A stretch of 56,130 bases of DNA, filler included, from Sluysia triapertura (lineage: Eukaryota), in assembly GCA_046118255.1 (NCBI GenBank). It is 4 parts of 4 records of this genome, joined end to end, with 100 filler letters (N's around TTAATTAATTAA, not from the genome) between each part and the next. Parts side by side here need not be neighbours in the genome. Positions count along the whole stretch, not along the records: positions 30,850 to 44,029 come from JBJNIA010054661.1; positions 44,130 to 56,130 come from JBJNIA010148497.1; 2 more parts are not named here. The stretch is one strand, 5' to 3'. This document shows positions 36,901-50,554 of this stretch, piece after piece. The notes beneath the pieces are model-generated. The model did not search any database. It was not told the origin of the DNA and worked only from the letters and a program-made list of their open reading frames with translations. The translations under genes and the position numbers were made by a program. Numbering within the stretch: position 1 is the stretch's first letter; each line of letters starts with the position of its first letter.

Positions 36901-39279
36901 ACTCTTTATCAAGGGTTAGAATAAGCAACACTGAATTTCAACCCATGTTCACAATAGAAGATCTTAAAGATGATCCTCTCGTAGAATATAAACCTCATTT
37001 CGGTACCTCTCCTATCCTGTGAGAAGGTATCTTTATTTTGATCATCAACTTCTCTAATCTCGATACGGTGCCACTTCACAATAATTTCTGACTGGTTTAT
37101 ACTTCCAAAGGAATGAATGATAGCAAATATGTTTGGCTCATACTGAAAAATTCAAGTTTCTTACAGTCACAATAATCTGATCTTCACAAAGTAAAATAAA
37201 CCCAGAATATTTGAGCAAAATCAAACCAGAAACGATCATTGTAAATAATCAAGAAGCTAATTCATACCCTACTGTCAATTTAGTATGTTTTTCTGCAGTA
37301 GCTATAATACAAAAATTCACATATTCAAAGTAAATCCTCACCCTCTTTATTACGCACCGCATCTCACAGATCGTTATTTTGAAAAATAGTTGTTGCATAA
37401 AGTGTTGCACAAAAAATCATTATTTTAAATGGCACTGTTATTGTACAATAACAGTTCAATAATAAGATAATAACAACGATAATAAATATAATTTAAAATA
37501 ATAAATTACAGGAATAATTATAATAATAATAATTATTATTCTTTTATTATAAATGGCGTGATATCATGTGATATCAAGTCTATAAAATAAATAATTGATA
37601 TAAACAAACTGAATTTATTTCACCATGAATCACAAAGAAAATAATTTTGAATTAGTCATAGAAATTTTATTTTAAGAATATTCTGGCAGAATAATTTCTG
37701 CGCAGAAGTTTATCGCACAAATAAAGGCGCAATAATTTTAAACGGTACATTAGAATGCAAGCCAGAAGTTTTATAGAAAACTTACAAAACAACAATAATA
37801 TTTAATGTTAATTCTGTTAGCAGGAGAATTTGAATTTAATAGTTGGAAATGGAAGATTAATTTAACTACCGACACTATTTTTCGATATTTTGAATACTTA
37901 CGTTAGTTTGAATTTCAATAAGATTTTTCTTTGGTTATTTTAAATAGATTTTAACATAAATAAACATATTTGAAATGTTAACATTAAATATTCTGATTTT
38001 TTAAAACCTTAGCCATTAAAATGTTAAGTCTTTAATATAATCTTTTCAGTAATTTTCATTCTTTGCACATATTTATTTATTTAAATTAACTTTTTAAGAG
38101 ATTTAGATCTTCGTCAATATAAAAATGCGTTATAAGTCTTTTATTCGTGTTCGTAGATTAAGCTTTAAATGAAACTATTAAGTATGGAGTACATGGAATA
38201 CAATCCGAATGATTCACAGTTCAGCTACCTAAATATTTATCATAAGATTAAATTTTGCAATTATTTGTGGTTTTTATTAATTTATTTAATGCCTAAAAGC
38301 GATTTAATTTCAAAGAAAGTTTAAAAATTTATAATATTATCAATGAATAACTTTAATAATAATAATAATTTCAATAATATTAACATTTACTTATTAAGCT
38401 AATCATTACTATGTACCAAAAAAATTCAAAATTCAATCACGTAAAAGCAGAAGTCATTGTTTTACATGAATTAAGCAATTCAAGCAAATATATTTCCTTG
38501 GAAATGTCCAAATCAATCTACAATAAGAACTGCGAATTACATAATTTGGCGATTGAATTTTCACTTATTTTTATTGTGTTTTACTTTGTTGATATATTAA
38601 TAAAATTATTGATTTTTAAAATTTCTAGACACGCATACATAAAAAGTGTACAATATATATAACACACAGTTTTTACTATTATAGTGGAAAATTAATTCAG
38701 TAGGTTTTAAATAATTTTTAATAATTTTAAACATTACCTTAATCCAACGTAATTTATTTTTTTGAAGACGTTGACGCATACATTTTAGCCACACTCTGTG
38801 TATTAAAATCCTTTATAGCAAACACGATTAAAAACACAAAAGCCATGGAATTCAAAAATTAAAACAATGAATACATTTTAGGGTTGAAAATTATTATTAA
38901 TGTAACTTATCAAGATTTCGATAAGAAATATAAACAATAAATAATTTCGAGAAACATTAAAGAAAAAAATTAAAATAAAATAAACTAAAACAAAAACTTA
39001 AATTAAAATAAAAAAATTATTAAAATAGATGCAACAAGAAACAATTATATATTTTTTACTCAAATAAACACTAACAATACGTTTTTTTCTTGCCTAGATT
39101 AGGATAAATATTATATTATATATTAAGGTAAATGTATTTATTCCTTCTTAGACAATCAAAACTATATATAATCAGAAACTTAGAATAAAATATTAAAATT
39201 GCCGCGGTTTTTTAACGCGTAACCTATGGCATTTTTTTGAACATAGTCCGGTTAGGGTATGTCGCAAAAAGGGTGTTCA

Positions 39280-40534
39280 TGTAACTACATGAGCTAATAA
39301 TTTAACATAACTTTAATAATTTACCGATGCAACTTATTGAGTTATCTACTAAATGCTAACTTTTATAACTTGATTTATTCTACGTATTTCCTTAATTCTT
39401 CCTTAATATTTTAACCTTTCTGAACAAAACATTAATTACACAAATGTATTCAAAGTTTTTACAAAATTATTGTTGATATAAGGATCAAAACCTTAAATAA
39501 ATAAGACGTGCGAAGAATTTTCTGAACTTATAACGCAAAATATAACGCGAGTCCACTTAATAGATACGGCTTATATCTGACCGAAGGCGGTCTATTAGGA
39601 TTTTCAATATGCTTAGAAAGCTGAACTTATTAAGTAAGAACGTTATCTTACACCTAGTGAATACGTCGTACCACTAAATTAAACTAGCCGACTTATAGTC
39701 TAGTTGTGTAATCAATTAAGCTAGCCTGATATGGTCTAGCGTATCTAATAAAAGATTTTTATATATTTCAGACGTTAAACTAGCCTTAGTAAGGTCTAAC
39801 GAATCTTTTAACTGATTTTAAATACAAATATAATAACACCTTGTACACTCAAAGATTTATTCAACAAACGTACAAACAAATCTTTATTATGAATATAACA
39901 AAAGCTTGATATAGAATTATAATATGGATAATGATTTTATTTGATTACTTAGTAAATCTTAGTAAATCTTTAATGATTTTTAAAAATAAATGAAGCAAGC
40001 CTATTTATGGTCTTGCAAGTTTATTACGAAATTTAAGTGATAATTTAAACTTTCCTATATAAAAGGTAAAGTCAAAATTGCTATATAAAACGAATTACTT
40101 GTTGCACGAAATAATCTGAATAAAGTCTTTGTCTCAATATTTTTGTCCCAAAAATTGAGTTCCAAAATTTATATTCCAAAAATTTTGTTCCAACAATTGT
40201 ATCCCAAAATTTGTGTAATTGTTTATTAAAGATTTTATTATTATTAAATTTTCGCCTAAATGAATGAAGGAGATGATGACAAAAATATAGGATGCTAATC
40301 GAATTTGAACTAAATTACCAAAACCAAAACGTTGAGATAGCTACTAAAAAATGGTCACTACTATTGAACTGATGCCAGTTTATATACTAGACATCATCTA
40401 ATAAGAATCTATGGAATGTTCTAGAATGTTATTCTATTTTTAGAAAATAAGTTTTCGTTTTTAGAAAAGTAATTTCTTTTTTTGGAAAATAAGATTTTTA
40501 AATGATTTTAGAGGGTTGTGATGGCAACTTAATA
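39280..40534 (+). mobile_element. Probable ~1.25-kb LTR (TGTAA...TAA(C/T)A) with structured motifs
   Basis: Preceded by AAAAAGGG. Internal motifs are shared with 51100-51620 and 44790-44830. The end is shared with 7180-7528. Confidence 0.5.
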
Positions 40535-40787
40535 AAATTGATAATTAAAATTTTTTACCTTAGCCTACCTAAACGAATAGATAGTGTATCTGCTATAGTA
40601 TTACTTATTCTGCCTACTGATTCTTTAAACTATATTTTCATTTTAGCAATGATAAACATGACATATATAAAAGAATAAATAAAATATATAAAGCAATGTA
40701 AAATTTATCATTAAAATGTGCCTTTAAATAGATTTGTTTTGAATTAAAATAGAAGAAGCTTTAAACAATAATTTTAAATAATTTCAG

Positions 40788-41712
40788 GAATCCAAAAGCA
40801 AACTCAGTTTTTTGACAAGTCCATTGTTCGGAAAAAAGAAAGATAAAGATAAACTATCATCTAATAATCAATACCAATTAATGATTCAAGCTAAGAAAAA
40901 AGCCACCTGTTCAAATTTATCTAGTAAAAATTCTAAACATAACATTGAAATACCCATTGTTTCTACAAACTCGAAAGCACTTATAAATACTACCACTACA
41001 ACTACTACTAATAATAATCACAGTCCTTATTCCACTATGACTACTGCTAAGCAGCAACATTCAACTCATTCGAGTAGTGGCCACGGTAGTGATTGTTCAA
41101 GTCTCTACGGTAATCAGAAGCAACCTCACCATCCTTTACCACCTGATGTACCACCAAGTCAATACATTACTGCAATAAAATTGGCATCAGGTCAACAGCC
41201 TCTTCACGCACATGGAGCCCAGTTGTCCATAGAAATCGGTTATCCTCCCGGTAATCGAGCTGACTTGCCATTAATGCCCGGTGAACAGCAACAGTACATG
41301 AGACGATGTCAACGTCGTGTCGGTGGTCACACCAGTAGCGGATATGAAAGCATTTTAAGAGATAGTGAAGCATCATCTCAGAACGATTCTACCAGTGAGA
41401 GTAGTGCAGGAGCAGGAACTGGAGGTATTTGTAATTCCAGTTTGCCAACCAGTACTGTAATTGGACATCATGTAAGTGGAATAGGAGCCATTTCTACTGG
41501 CAACAGTAATGTTATTTCTGGTACAAATAATGTGTCAGGTCAAACTAATGGATTAGTAATAACAAGTTCCGCTGCATCGCACGGTCATTGTGGATATAAT
41601 TCTACTGTTGCGATTTCCAATTCGTCCGATCCATCATCAACTTCTGAAGTGATTAATCACCAATCACAAAATAATAGGCGAGAATCAACACCGGAAAAAC
41701 ATCAGTCACAAT
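40788..41712 (+). CDS. KIF26: KIF26-family kinesin tail exon
   Basis: SPYS...SSGHGSDCSS...SSGYESILRDSEASSQNDSTSE matches the conserved KIF26A/B tail SPYS...SSGHGSDNSS...SSGYESVMRDSE...QDSTSE. tttcag acceptor and gtaatc donor. Confidence 0.92.
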
Positions 41713-42084
41713 GTAATCGAAATTATTTAATTTTATATTACTTTTAAGCAAAAATAAATAAAATAAAATTAAATCTAAAACTGATAATTAAGGTTGTATT
41801 AAAACGCTAGCGGACACATGTACTTACAATCTCTTAAACCAAGTCTAGAATGAAACAATCGTTTTGGACACTTCTGTTACTCCTGTTGCCGCCTTGTATC
41901 AAACATGTAACCGTTTCTTTAGAGGTGATTTCTTTTAGGAGCTGTTGTTACCATAGCTCAAAAAGTGCAAAATAGTGAAAATTACTTCCAGATGTTAAAT
42001 TAATTCATTGTATCACGCCAAAATAAAAAATTAGAAAAAATCTAGTTATGTTAAATAAATTTATATATATTTATCCAAATAAAG

Positions 42085-42353
42085 GTAGCTTAAATAATTC
42101 TTTAGCCTCATCTTCGTCATCAAAACAAAGTCGATCAGCACCGAATAAGTCTGAAGAAACTTCAGAAGATACACAAAGTCCAGTCAGTGTTCGTAAAGTA
42201 TCTCCAAAAAGTCATCACAACCAAAATAGTTTATTAAGCAAACAGCAAATAGGAGAAAAAGAAAGCAAAGTTAGTAATAATAATAACAACAACAATAATA
42301 ATAATAATGATAATAATAATAATAATAAATCATTCATAATATTTATGAGATAA
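42085..42353 (+). CDS. KIF26: KIF26 downstream exon (ends at stop 42353 or at the gttagt donor 42270)
   Basis: The acceptor AG at 42083-84 is phase-compatible with the previous exon. Ser-rich frame. Confidence 0.65.
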
Positions 42354-43957
42354 AAATAACTTTGTCTTCCAAATACTTCTTAATCTTCAAGTGATTTAAC
42401 ATTATCTGATTATATATTTTTGAAACATAAACTGGATATAATCTATCACTTATTTTATTATCACTATATTATGTATAAATTCTTGTCTTAACAACATTTT
42501 AGTTTCCATCTTTATTATTATATCCAAATGATATTCAGGATATACTACTGCCATTATTTTGAAATTTATTCTTGCTTTTATTGGTAAACAGTATAATTCT
42601 TTACACTATATTTTCTACATGAAATTGAGTGAAATCTGTATTATCTGTTATCAATGAATGAAGAATTAGTTTTGTCGTATTTTTATTAATAAATATTTTA
42701 ATATTTCCTAAAAAATTTAGTCAAAACAATGAACGTTTTAAAATTTTGTCGGCTATACATTATTTTTACATTAACCAAGTTTCTCCAGTATGCTTAAATA
42801 AAAGTATTCTTTAAAAAATAAAACAGAAATTTGACTAATTAAAATTTTATTTATTAATTAAACATTTATTCTTGAGTACCATTATTATTTAACCGTACAA
42901 TACGCAATTTAATTTAAAATAGGAACAAACACTAGTAACACTACGCTGCAAAAATATTATTGTCATTTTATTGTCGCTGTTTTATAATAAATTATGATTG
43001 ATGAATTAGATTAAATGTCAGGCATATCTTTGCATTTAATACTAGTTAGTTTTTATTTGCTATGCATTATGCATTGATAAATAAAGTCTATCATTTCATT
43101 AGCTTTCATTGACTTAAAATTGAGCTAAATTTTCTTTTTTTATCGACTATATTCGCAATTATCAACTCTTATATTCATACCTCGTATATATGACTAGTTT
43201 ATTTCATGTACACTCATCTTTACTCTATTCTGGTAGCATTATTTGAAATTATATTTATAGAACATTATTAAATAGATTATTAGTAATAAGTTCACATAAA
43301 TTTCAATGTTTATATTTATCTTTATTATATTGAAATATTGATTTTTATATTAAGATTTATTTTGTTCTATTTTATCAGAATAATAATTTCATAAAATAAT
43401 TAATTAATCAAATTTTGTAGTATAGAACATTCTTTCAATAAAATTCATATTTAATTAATCAATTTGAATGACAAAGACGGTTTTGAAAAATAGTTTTATT
43501 AAATCAAAATCAAATCTCTTCACAGCTAACAATAGGGTTGATTTAAATTTCTTTGTTAACTATCAAACATTGAAAACACCAGAAAACAAACAATTATTTT
43601 TCCTAACTGCATAATCACTTAACATAATCATTTAAACAATTTTCTCATTTTTATTCTTATGAATCATACGTCAACTTATTTTGTACGTAGATTTGTAGGT
43701 AGATTCGGAAAGTTTATGACATTATCATTCTTGTCGATTATCATCAACATCAATTAGTTCCTGATTTTTGATATTCGATTTTTAACAAATAGCCGCCATG
43801 TGCTTTTAATCAGGACCGATACGGCAAGAAGTATACATGAAAAAGAATCTTTAAACAATTTAATTTTATATTAATTTGTTTTATTTGTATAAAATCAATA
43901 ATAAGTTAAATAATTTAGTAGATCACAAATAATGTATAAAGTATAAGCTAATTAATA

Positions 43958-44029
43958 CTCCCTCTGTCCGAAAATAAGAGTCCCATTTCTAAATATTAGG
44001 TTTTTTTATTGATTTAAATGGTATGAAGG
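43958..44029 (+). mobile_element. Left end of a Stowaway-like Tc1/mariner element, truncated by the gap
   Basis: TA-CTCCCTCTGTCCGAAAATAAGAGTCCCATTTC. Confidence 0.85.
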
Positions 44030-44129
44030 NNNNNNNNNNNNNNNNNNNNNNNNNNNNNNNNNNNNNNNNNNNNTTAATTAATTAANNNNNNNNNNNNNNN
44101 NNNNNNNNNNNNNNNNNNNNNNNNNNNNN
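44030..44129. other. Artificial contig linker
   Basis: N44-TTAATTAATTAA-N44. Confidence 0.97.
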
Positions 44130-44205
44130 TCTTGCTTTTATTGGCAACCAATGTAATTCTTTGAGATAGGGTGTTATATGAGATCTTCTTCCAACTTGGA
44201 GAATT
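44130..44205 (-). mobile_element. L2 LINE ORF2 C-terminal fragment
   Basis: QVGRRSHITPYLKELHWLPIKAR. A similar piece lies at 42530-42605. Confidence 0.85.
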
Positions 44206-45135
44206 ATATATAATAATTTTTATTTATAATAAAAATAAATTTTCTTTATTCAGTAAGCTCCGACTATTTTTAAAAGTCAAGCATAATATAATTTAACCTT
44301 TAAACAGAATATCAAATAAAAGAAATTGATAATTATACTACTACTGTTATTACAGTTGATTCTAACTTCCTTTTTTATATTTAATATACCTCGAGCGATG
44401 AAAACTTAATTGGTATAATCGGTTTTTAGAACTCAAATTTTATTAGCATTATTTGCATCAATTTAAGTATATATTTTGCAATATTTATTAATAAAAGTTT
44501 GGTCAGTATAATTATTTTTTTCCTAGAGTAAAATTGCCATAACGTCATTGAATATTTGTAATTTTAAAAACGTATGATCCTTTCAGATCAGTAAATTTAT
44601 ATATTTTCAAAATCCAGTGTAGTTGTAAAATCCACTATTACATAGTATAATAATTATCAACAAATATTAACATGACTCTCAAAAATTTCTGATCCTGTTT
44701 AAATAGGTTCATATGTAATAGGGGATTTTAATTGCAATATATATCGACTTTATTCGGAGTAGTAAATTCTAAATTGGCCTCCATTCGTTCTTTATGCTGA
44801 CACTTACGAATTGGCCCTTAATTGAGTAAGTCCAATATCGTAAGGAACTCACATAAATCAGCAAAACCAAAAAGGAAGATCCCAACATAATAAACCATTA
44901 TTAATGTTTTATAAACGACGTCTATAATGATAATTTTATTACATTTAACTTTTATTCATTATTCGATGCATTCATTACTTGTGCTGATGTTTATTTTATA
45001 AATCATATCAATTTGAACATATCGAGCATTTTGTCTCATCATATCCCTTTCAAATCCCTAATAATAGTATAATAATAATAAATATTTATAATTATTAATA
45101 ATATCATAAGAATATATATATATATATATATATAA

Positions 45136-45235
45136 GGTACAGGCCTAAAGTGCCATAGAATAATGATAGGATAATTGAGTATAATAAAATTGTTAGACGG
45201 GGTTAGGGAATCGAGCTACACAGTTACGAAGCAAG
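45136..45235 (+). mobile_element. tRNA-containing mini-LTR, copy C (truncated, beside a (TA)n run)
   Basis: GGTACAGGCCTAAAGTGCCATAGAATAATGA...AAAATTGTTAGACGGGG is shared with the other copies. Confidence 0.75.
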
Positions 45236-46623
45236 AAACAAATTAGAATTTACTTTCATTACGTTTTGTTTGCATATTTGAAAATCAAATTTCATATTGT
45301 AAAGTATTTGTAAAAAATAAAATTAAATAAAATTGCGTTTGTACATTTTTATTTTGTAAATACTTTTTAATTTTATTTGTAATTTGTAATTTTATTTATA
45401 AATTTGTAAAAATTTATTTTCAATTTTTAATAAAATCTTTTAAATTTAATTTCATAAATAATTTTAATAAGAACTTTCATTTTTTAAAAGAATTCTAATT
45501 TTATGGATACATAAAAAATAATAATTAAATGATAATTAAATTCTTCTTTCTTCAAATAATTATCATATATAAAGAGACCATTTTCGTGAAGACTTAATAA
45601 CAAACGACATTAGTGGAAATTAATCGCAAGGAAAGTCTTGTCAGAACCCGATCACTAAATATTGGTTTAAAGTTATTACAAGAAGAACTTCGTTGGAAAT
45701 TTCTCGGAACAAATTTGATCGTGGATTATTGATTTAAAGTTATTAGTGCGAAGATTAATTGGTATTTTAATAATCCAAAGATTCTCATTTTGGTGTTATA
45801 AATCGAATAATTCGTTTATCTATTAAAAAATCGAAACTTGGATAAATCGAATCACGAGTCACGTAAGTTGATAATTATTAAGTTTTCACATTAATAAGTA
45901 TTGTGTTAAACTCATACATAAAATTCCATAAATCTATTCCAAGTATCATATCTGGCTCAATTAAATTTTTAAACTTTAAAAGTCAAATAAGGCTCAAAAA
46001 TCTTTATTTTTAAAGTAATATTATTATTATATTATATATCAATTTGTATATTTTTGTTGAATTATTATTCGTTTTGCATAATAAAAATTGGTATTTTGAA
46101 GTTTTTTCTTTGTAACTTAAAGAGGTCTAAAATTAACAAGGAGGATTAGTATTAAGATTTAGCGTGTAAATTTTTGTATTAAGTATATTAAAAAGTTAGA
46201 TAAAGCTGTTAATTTTAGTAAGTAATAGTCAGTAGTAAATTTTGAATACGTTGAAGTAATATTCAATAAAAACCAAGTTAATTGTGAATTTTAAAGATCA
46301 TAAAGAAATAAAAGGTGATTTAACAAATTCTTTTTGATTGTACATTCTGACCCTCGATGTCCTTTTGATTTTTTAAGGTACGTTAACTTATTGTTATACT
46401 TTATCTGTAGTTGCGTCCTCGTCAGACGTAAAGCGCAATACACAGACGAACCCATTCATTCAAAAGATCATAATTGTTAGTTTTTATTTTGAAAGATCTA
46501 ACAATATTAATCAATGATTATTTAATTGTATTATTAATGCTATTAATATTTATAAAACAATAATAATTGAAGATGGTTATTCCAGATCGACTTTGTAATT
46601 GTTCTAGATAGTTATTAACTAAC

Positions 46624-46714
46624 GCTGGTGTGAATTTATTCATGGTCAAAATTCCATTTATAAATACAATAATACCCATGACAGAGGCCGGTAACAGCCA
46701 ACTTGTGTACATTC
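46624..46714 (-). CDS. Anoctamin/TMEM16 exon (TM1)
   Basis: (G)MYTSWLLPASVMGIIVFING. tttcag acceptor and gttagt donor. Confidence 0.9.
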
Positions 46715-47003
46715 CTGAAATATAAAAATAGTATTAATGTATCTGTATATCGATATTAGGAACATTTGAAGCTATCTCATTATAATGCGCGACAGAAAAA
46801 TTAATCGACTTGAAGAATGACCAATGGAAAGGAAAAAATAGTTCGAAATTTGATATATACAAATAAGCATAACTTAAAAAAGAGAATATGATCAAATAAA
46901 TGATAATATTTTGTTGCAGTTAAAATCGAGTCTAAATTTAATCAAAGTATAATAAACAAATAATTTGAAGCAATATAATAATCATTAAATTAAACTTACG
47001 CAC

Positions 47004-47172
47004 CTAACCAAGCAAAATACAGAGCTATTTTCTCACCATAATATTCTCTAATATTATCCAATGGTTGATATTTGAATATGTTGGACCATTTAGCCCAATA
47101 ATAATAAAGAATTTGACGTCTATTGTATTTACTAAGGTCTTCAGACATACTTGACGGTACTTTGTGTGGTCC
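47004..47172 (-). CDS. Anoctamin/TMEM16 exon
   Basis: RQILYYYWAKWSNIFKYQPLDNIREYYGEKIALYFAWLG is the anoctamin signature. It splices in phase to 46714. Confidence 0.95.
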
Positions 47173-47539
47173 CTAAATATTAAATTAATTACTTTTTTTG
47201 TTAATTATGATTAAATTTAATTAAAATAATAAATTAAATACCAAAAATAAAGTATTAACAGGCTGCGCCAAATTATAATATTGTTGTATGATAATAATGA
47301 GGTTATAAATGTAATTAAATCAAGGATTATAGAGCGTGAAACGTAAAAATTATAAATTGAAAATTACCAATCACAGAGAATCATTTTCGTATTTAGACAA
47401 TAATTATAAATCGATTAAAGTTTTGGCTCCAGTTAGCATGCAGAATTCATTAAACAATGTGATAAAATAATTCAAATTTTGTATAAACGTCATACGAGAA
47501 CACAGTGAAATTAATTCAGTAGAGAAAGCAAATAAATCA

Positions 47540-49200
47540 GTACAAAGAACAGCATTTTGAATTTGGATAACAAATCGACAGATAATTTAATGATAGAATT
47601 GTGCGACTATGAAGAATATTAACGCAAAAAAATCGAATTTAAGTGAACAAATGAAGAAACCACAGATGCAAATTATTACGAAATTTGAGCTATGTCCAAA
47701 ACATAAGGGTAATTTACAGCTTGCGTATGTAAAATACTGAACAAGACAAAATTAACTGTAGGAGAATATTTCGCTAGGGTATATGCATTATTTCATTATT
47801 TGTTATGACATCAAGTTTATTTATTCATATATAATAAGCTATTGACTTCTTTTGTAATAATAGAGATAAAGTAAGTAGACTAAATAGATGGTTCACAAAA
47901 TTGTGAGAATTTGATTTGAAATAATTTATAAATCCGGATCATTGAATAATGGATCTGATTGTACGTCTAGATTGACTAATGTAGATGAAAAAGGAAATAT
48001 AAACTTTATAAAAATTATGAGTACTTCAGGAAACTGTGACGCAAAAGAAGATATCTCTTTTGTTACCGATGTTATGACCAAAAAAATTTAAAATGAAAAT
48101 TAAACTAAAAATGATTAATAGTAGATAAACTCTGACCCGATGCTTTCGGTTTCTTTCTTCAGTCTTTAAAACGTAATGCCCCATCTGTTATTAATAACTT
48201 TCTAGTTTGATTTCCTTTGGCTGCAGCTTCAATAATAAGTTAAATAAATAAATCATTAATTACTCTTTTATTAATACAACTTCATCATTGGCAACTAGAA
48301 GGACATTTATCAACTAGGAAAACATTAAGTAGAATTAAGAATAAATACTACTGGGATACTGTTGATGATATTAAGAAAACCAGGAGTAAAAGCAAAAGTG
48401 CCAATACCATTATTACTAATGGAATTTACTGCGATTGATATAATAGGTTTGCTTCCAGAGACAATTACTTAGAATAAATATATTGTTTTTGGATATTATT
48501 TAATTATCCAATGCCAAAAAACGGAAATGATTGCTCAAGTTTTAGTTGAAAAAATTGTATACAAAAAAAACTTTATGTAAAAGTAATATAATTATGATTA
48601 TTGTTGTGATTATATAATTATAATTATTGTGAAAAAATTTGAAATTATCATTAAATAAAATAATATTATTATATAATAAAGTACTTATTATAAAATATAA
48701 AATACTTTTATATTAAATATTTAAATTTATTATAAAAAAAATAAAATACTTTTATATTTAAGTTTTATTTTAAAATTTTAAAATTTATTAGTATTAAAAC
48801 AAATAAAGTTTATTAATATGTTACCATAACAACTACAAACAAAGAAATATATAAGTATGTTATGAATTTTACTCAAAAAACAAATAAGAATTTTTTAGAT
48901 AAATTTTTAGAATAGTGATGATTATAGTTTGAAGATTAAAATTAAAATTAAAGTGAAACAGTTTTAAACGAAGATTCTAACTGGAAGATTAAAAACAAAT
49001 TACATTGGAAAACGAAGATTAATATTTGACCTTGCTTTCTTGCTTAGAGAAGTTTATTATACCCGGCTACTCATTTTACTTGAATGTGCCTGTAGATTTA
49101 GATTGGGTTCCAGAAATGTCTCAATATTTAGAAGCACGAGATAAAATTTACAGAATGACTGGAAATTAGCAGTACTTCACATAAGATACTCACATAAATC
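47540..49200 (+). mobile_element. Decayed Gypsy pol (RNase H and integrase), upstream of the anoctamin exons (probably intronic)
   Basis: RWFTKL*EFD (RH), HHWQLEGHLSTRKTLSRIKNKYYW (HHCC), AIDIIGLLP..NKYIV (core) and GYSFYLNVPVDL. Confidence 0.85.
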
Positions 49201-49636
49201 ATGTAAAAAGTAGACAAAGTTTTAATTGTATATATTCATGTAAGTAAACATAAATATATAAAATTTATCAAATTTAAATATCTGTTATTATTATTTACTA
49301 AAATTATTGTTGTTTTAATTTATATATTGTTATAAAGTTTCTATAGTAATATAATACAAGTTTGTATATAAGTTTATATAATAAATTTAAATATCGATTT
49401 ATAAGTTTATATGCAATTGTTAATATGTAAGAATATAATATTTATTGTTTTTTATTGATTTTTTAATTCATTTAAATAAACTTAATTTTTTTAACCGTTA
49501 AAGTAAGTAAATTATTTTTAATTATTTTTAAAATTATTTTTATATATAATAATATAGTAAAATAATTTGATATTTTTTTGGGAATACAAGAATTTAAAAT
49601 CGCTTTTTATCTTTTATTTTTGTTTAAAATAGCTAC

Positions 49637-50554
49637 TGACCTTCAAGGTCATATTTCTAGTATTTAAGAAGAAGTAATATGTTAAAAAAATTTTTCATAA
49701 CGATTTCATTGGCATCAAGTATCAAAAACTAATAATCGTTCAAAAACTCTTCTGAAACTCAAAAGATTAATTAATTAAGATACTTTGCAATTTTTAACAT
49801 TGCTTGTTTTAAAATTCTGTTTCAAGATCTTCTGAATTAATAGAGTTACTCTTTACTAAATAGTTGATTAAAATATTTTTAAAGATATTACACTAAGATT
49901 ATTTTTTAATTATCTTTATAAATTTGTATTTATTTATTTTTTTATTGTTGGAACTCCATTTTATTATTTAATGTCTTCATATTGATTTAATATATTATTA
50001 TTAACAATTAAATTTGAACTTGCCTTGAGGTTCATTTTAGGATCTAATTAAAATCTCGATTTAAATTTTTGTGGTTCACTTTTAAGAACCATATTAAAAT
50101 CATTTATAAGACCATTGACTTAATTCCAATCATAAAATCATTAGAGAAGTTTTAGTGAAGAAGATAAAGAAACAAATTAACCTCAATAAGTATTAAGATT
50201 TTAAGAATCCAACGGCTAGCCCTAATAGGTAAGACTAGTACTCACTACAATTATTTTTATTCTCAAGCTAAGGAAAAATCTAGCAATATTATATTATTAA
50301 AATTATGATTAGCAAAATAAAAACAACTATAAATAGCGATTTAATTTTGAACTAAAAACACATTTTTTGCACAGTTATCGATTGAAATATTCAAAGTTAT
50401 AATTTCATTTTCATTAATTCGAATTTACGACAAAGGACCTTATTAAATTTATTGGAGACTACAAGACGACATTGAAGCTATTCTTACCACAATTTTTCTT
50501 ATTGCAGATATTCGTTAGTTTCGATTTAATTATTAAATATTACGTTTCGTTTTA
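49637..50554 (+). mobile_element. Second copy of the promoter/hairpin-array/accessory ORF module, directly downstream of the Gypsy integrase
   Basis: TGACCTTCAAGGTCA palindrome and TATTTAA, GGTTC hairpins at 50029 and 50073, TCCAACGGCTAG at 50208, and a decayed ORF from 50305. Confidence 0.65.

Noticed and set aside
46405-46453. Hammerhead ribozyme (CTGACGA on the minus strand)
   Set aside because: No stem II-GAAA or cleavage triplet arrangement, and the core is not conserved in the sibling copies.
47257-47273. TGGCGCAGCC PBS-like string on the minus strand
   Set aside because: It is opposite in orientation to the adjacent Gypsy pol and no LTR end can be identified.
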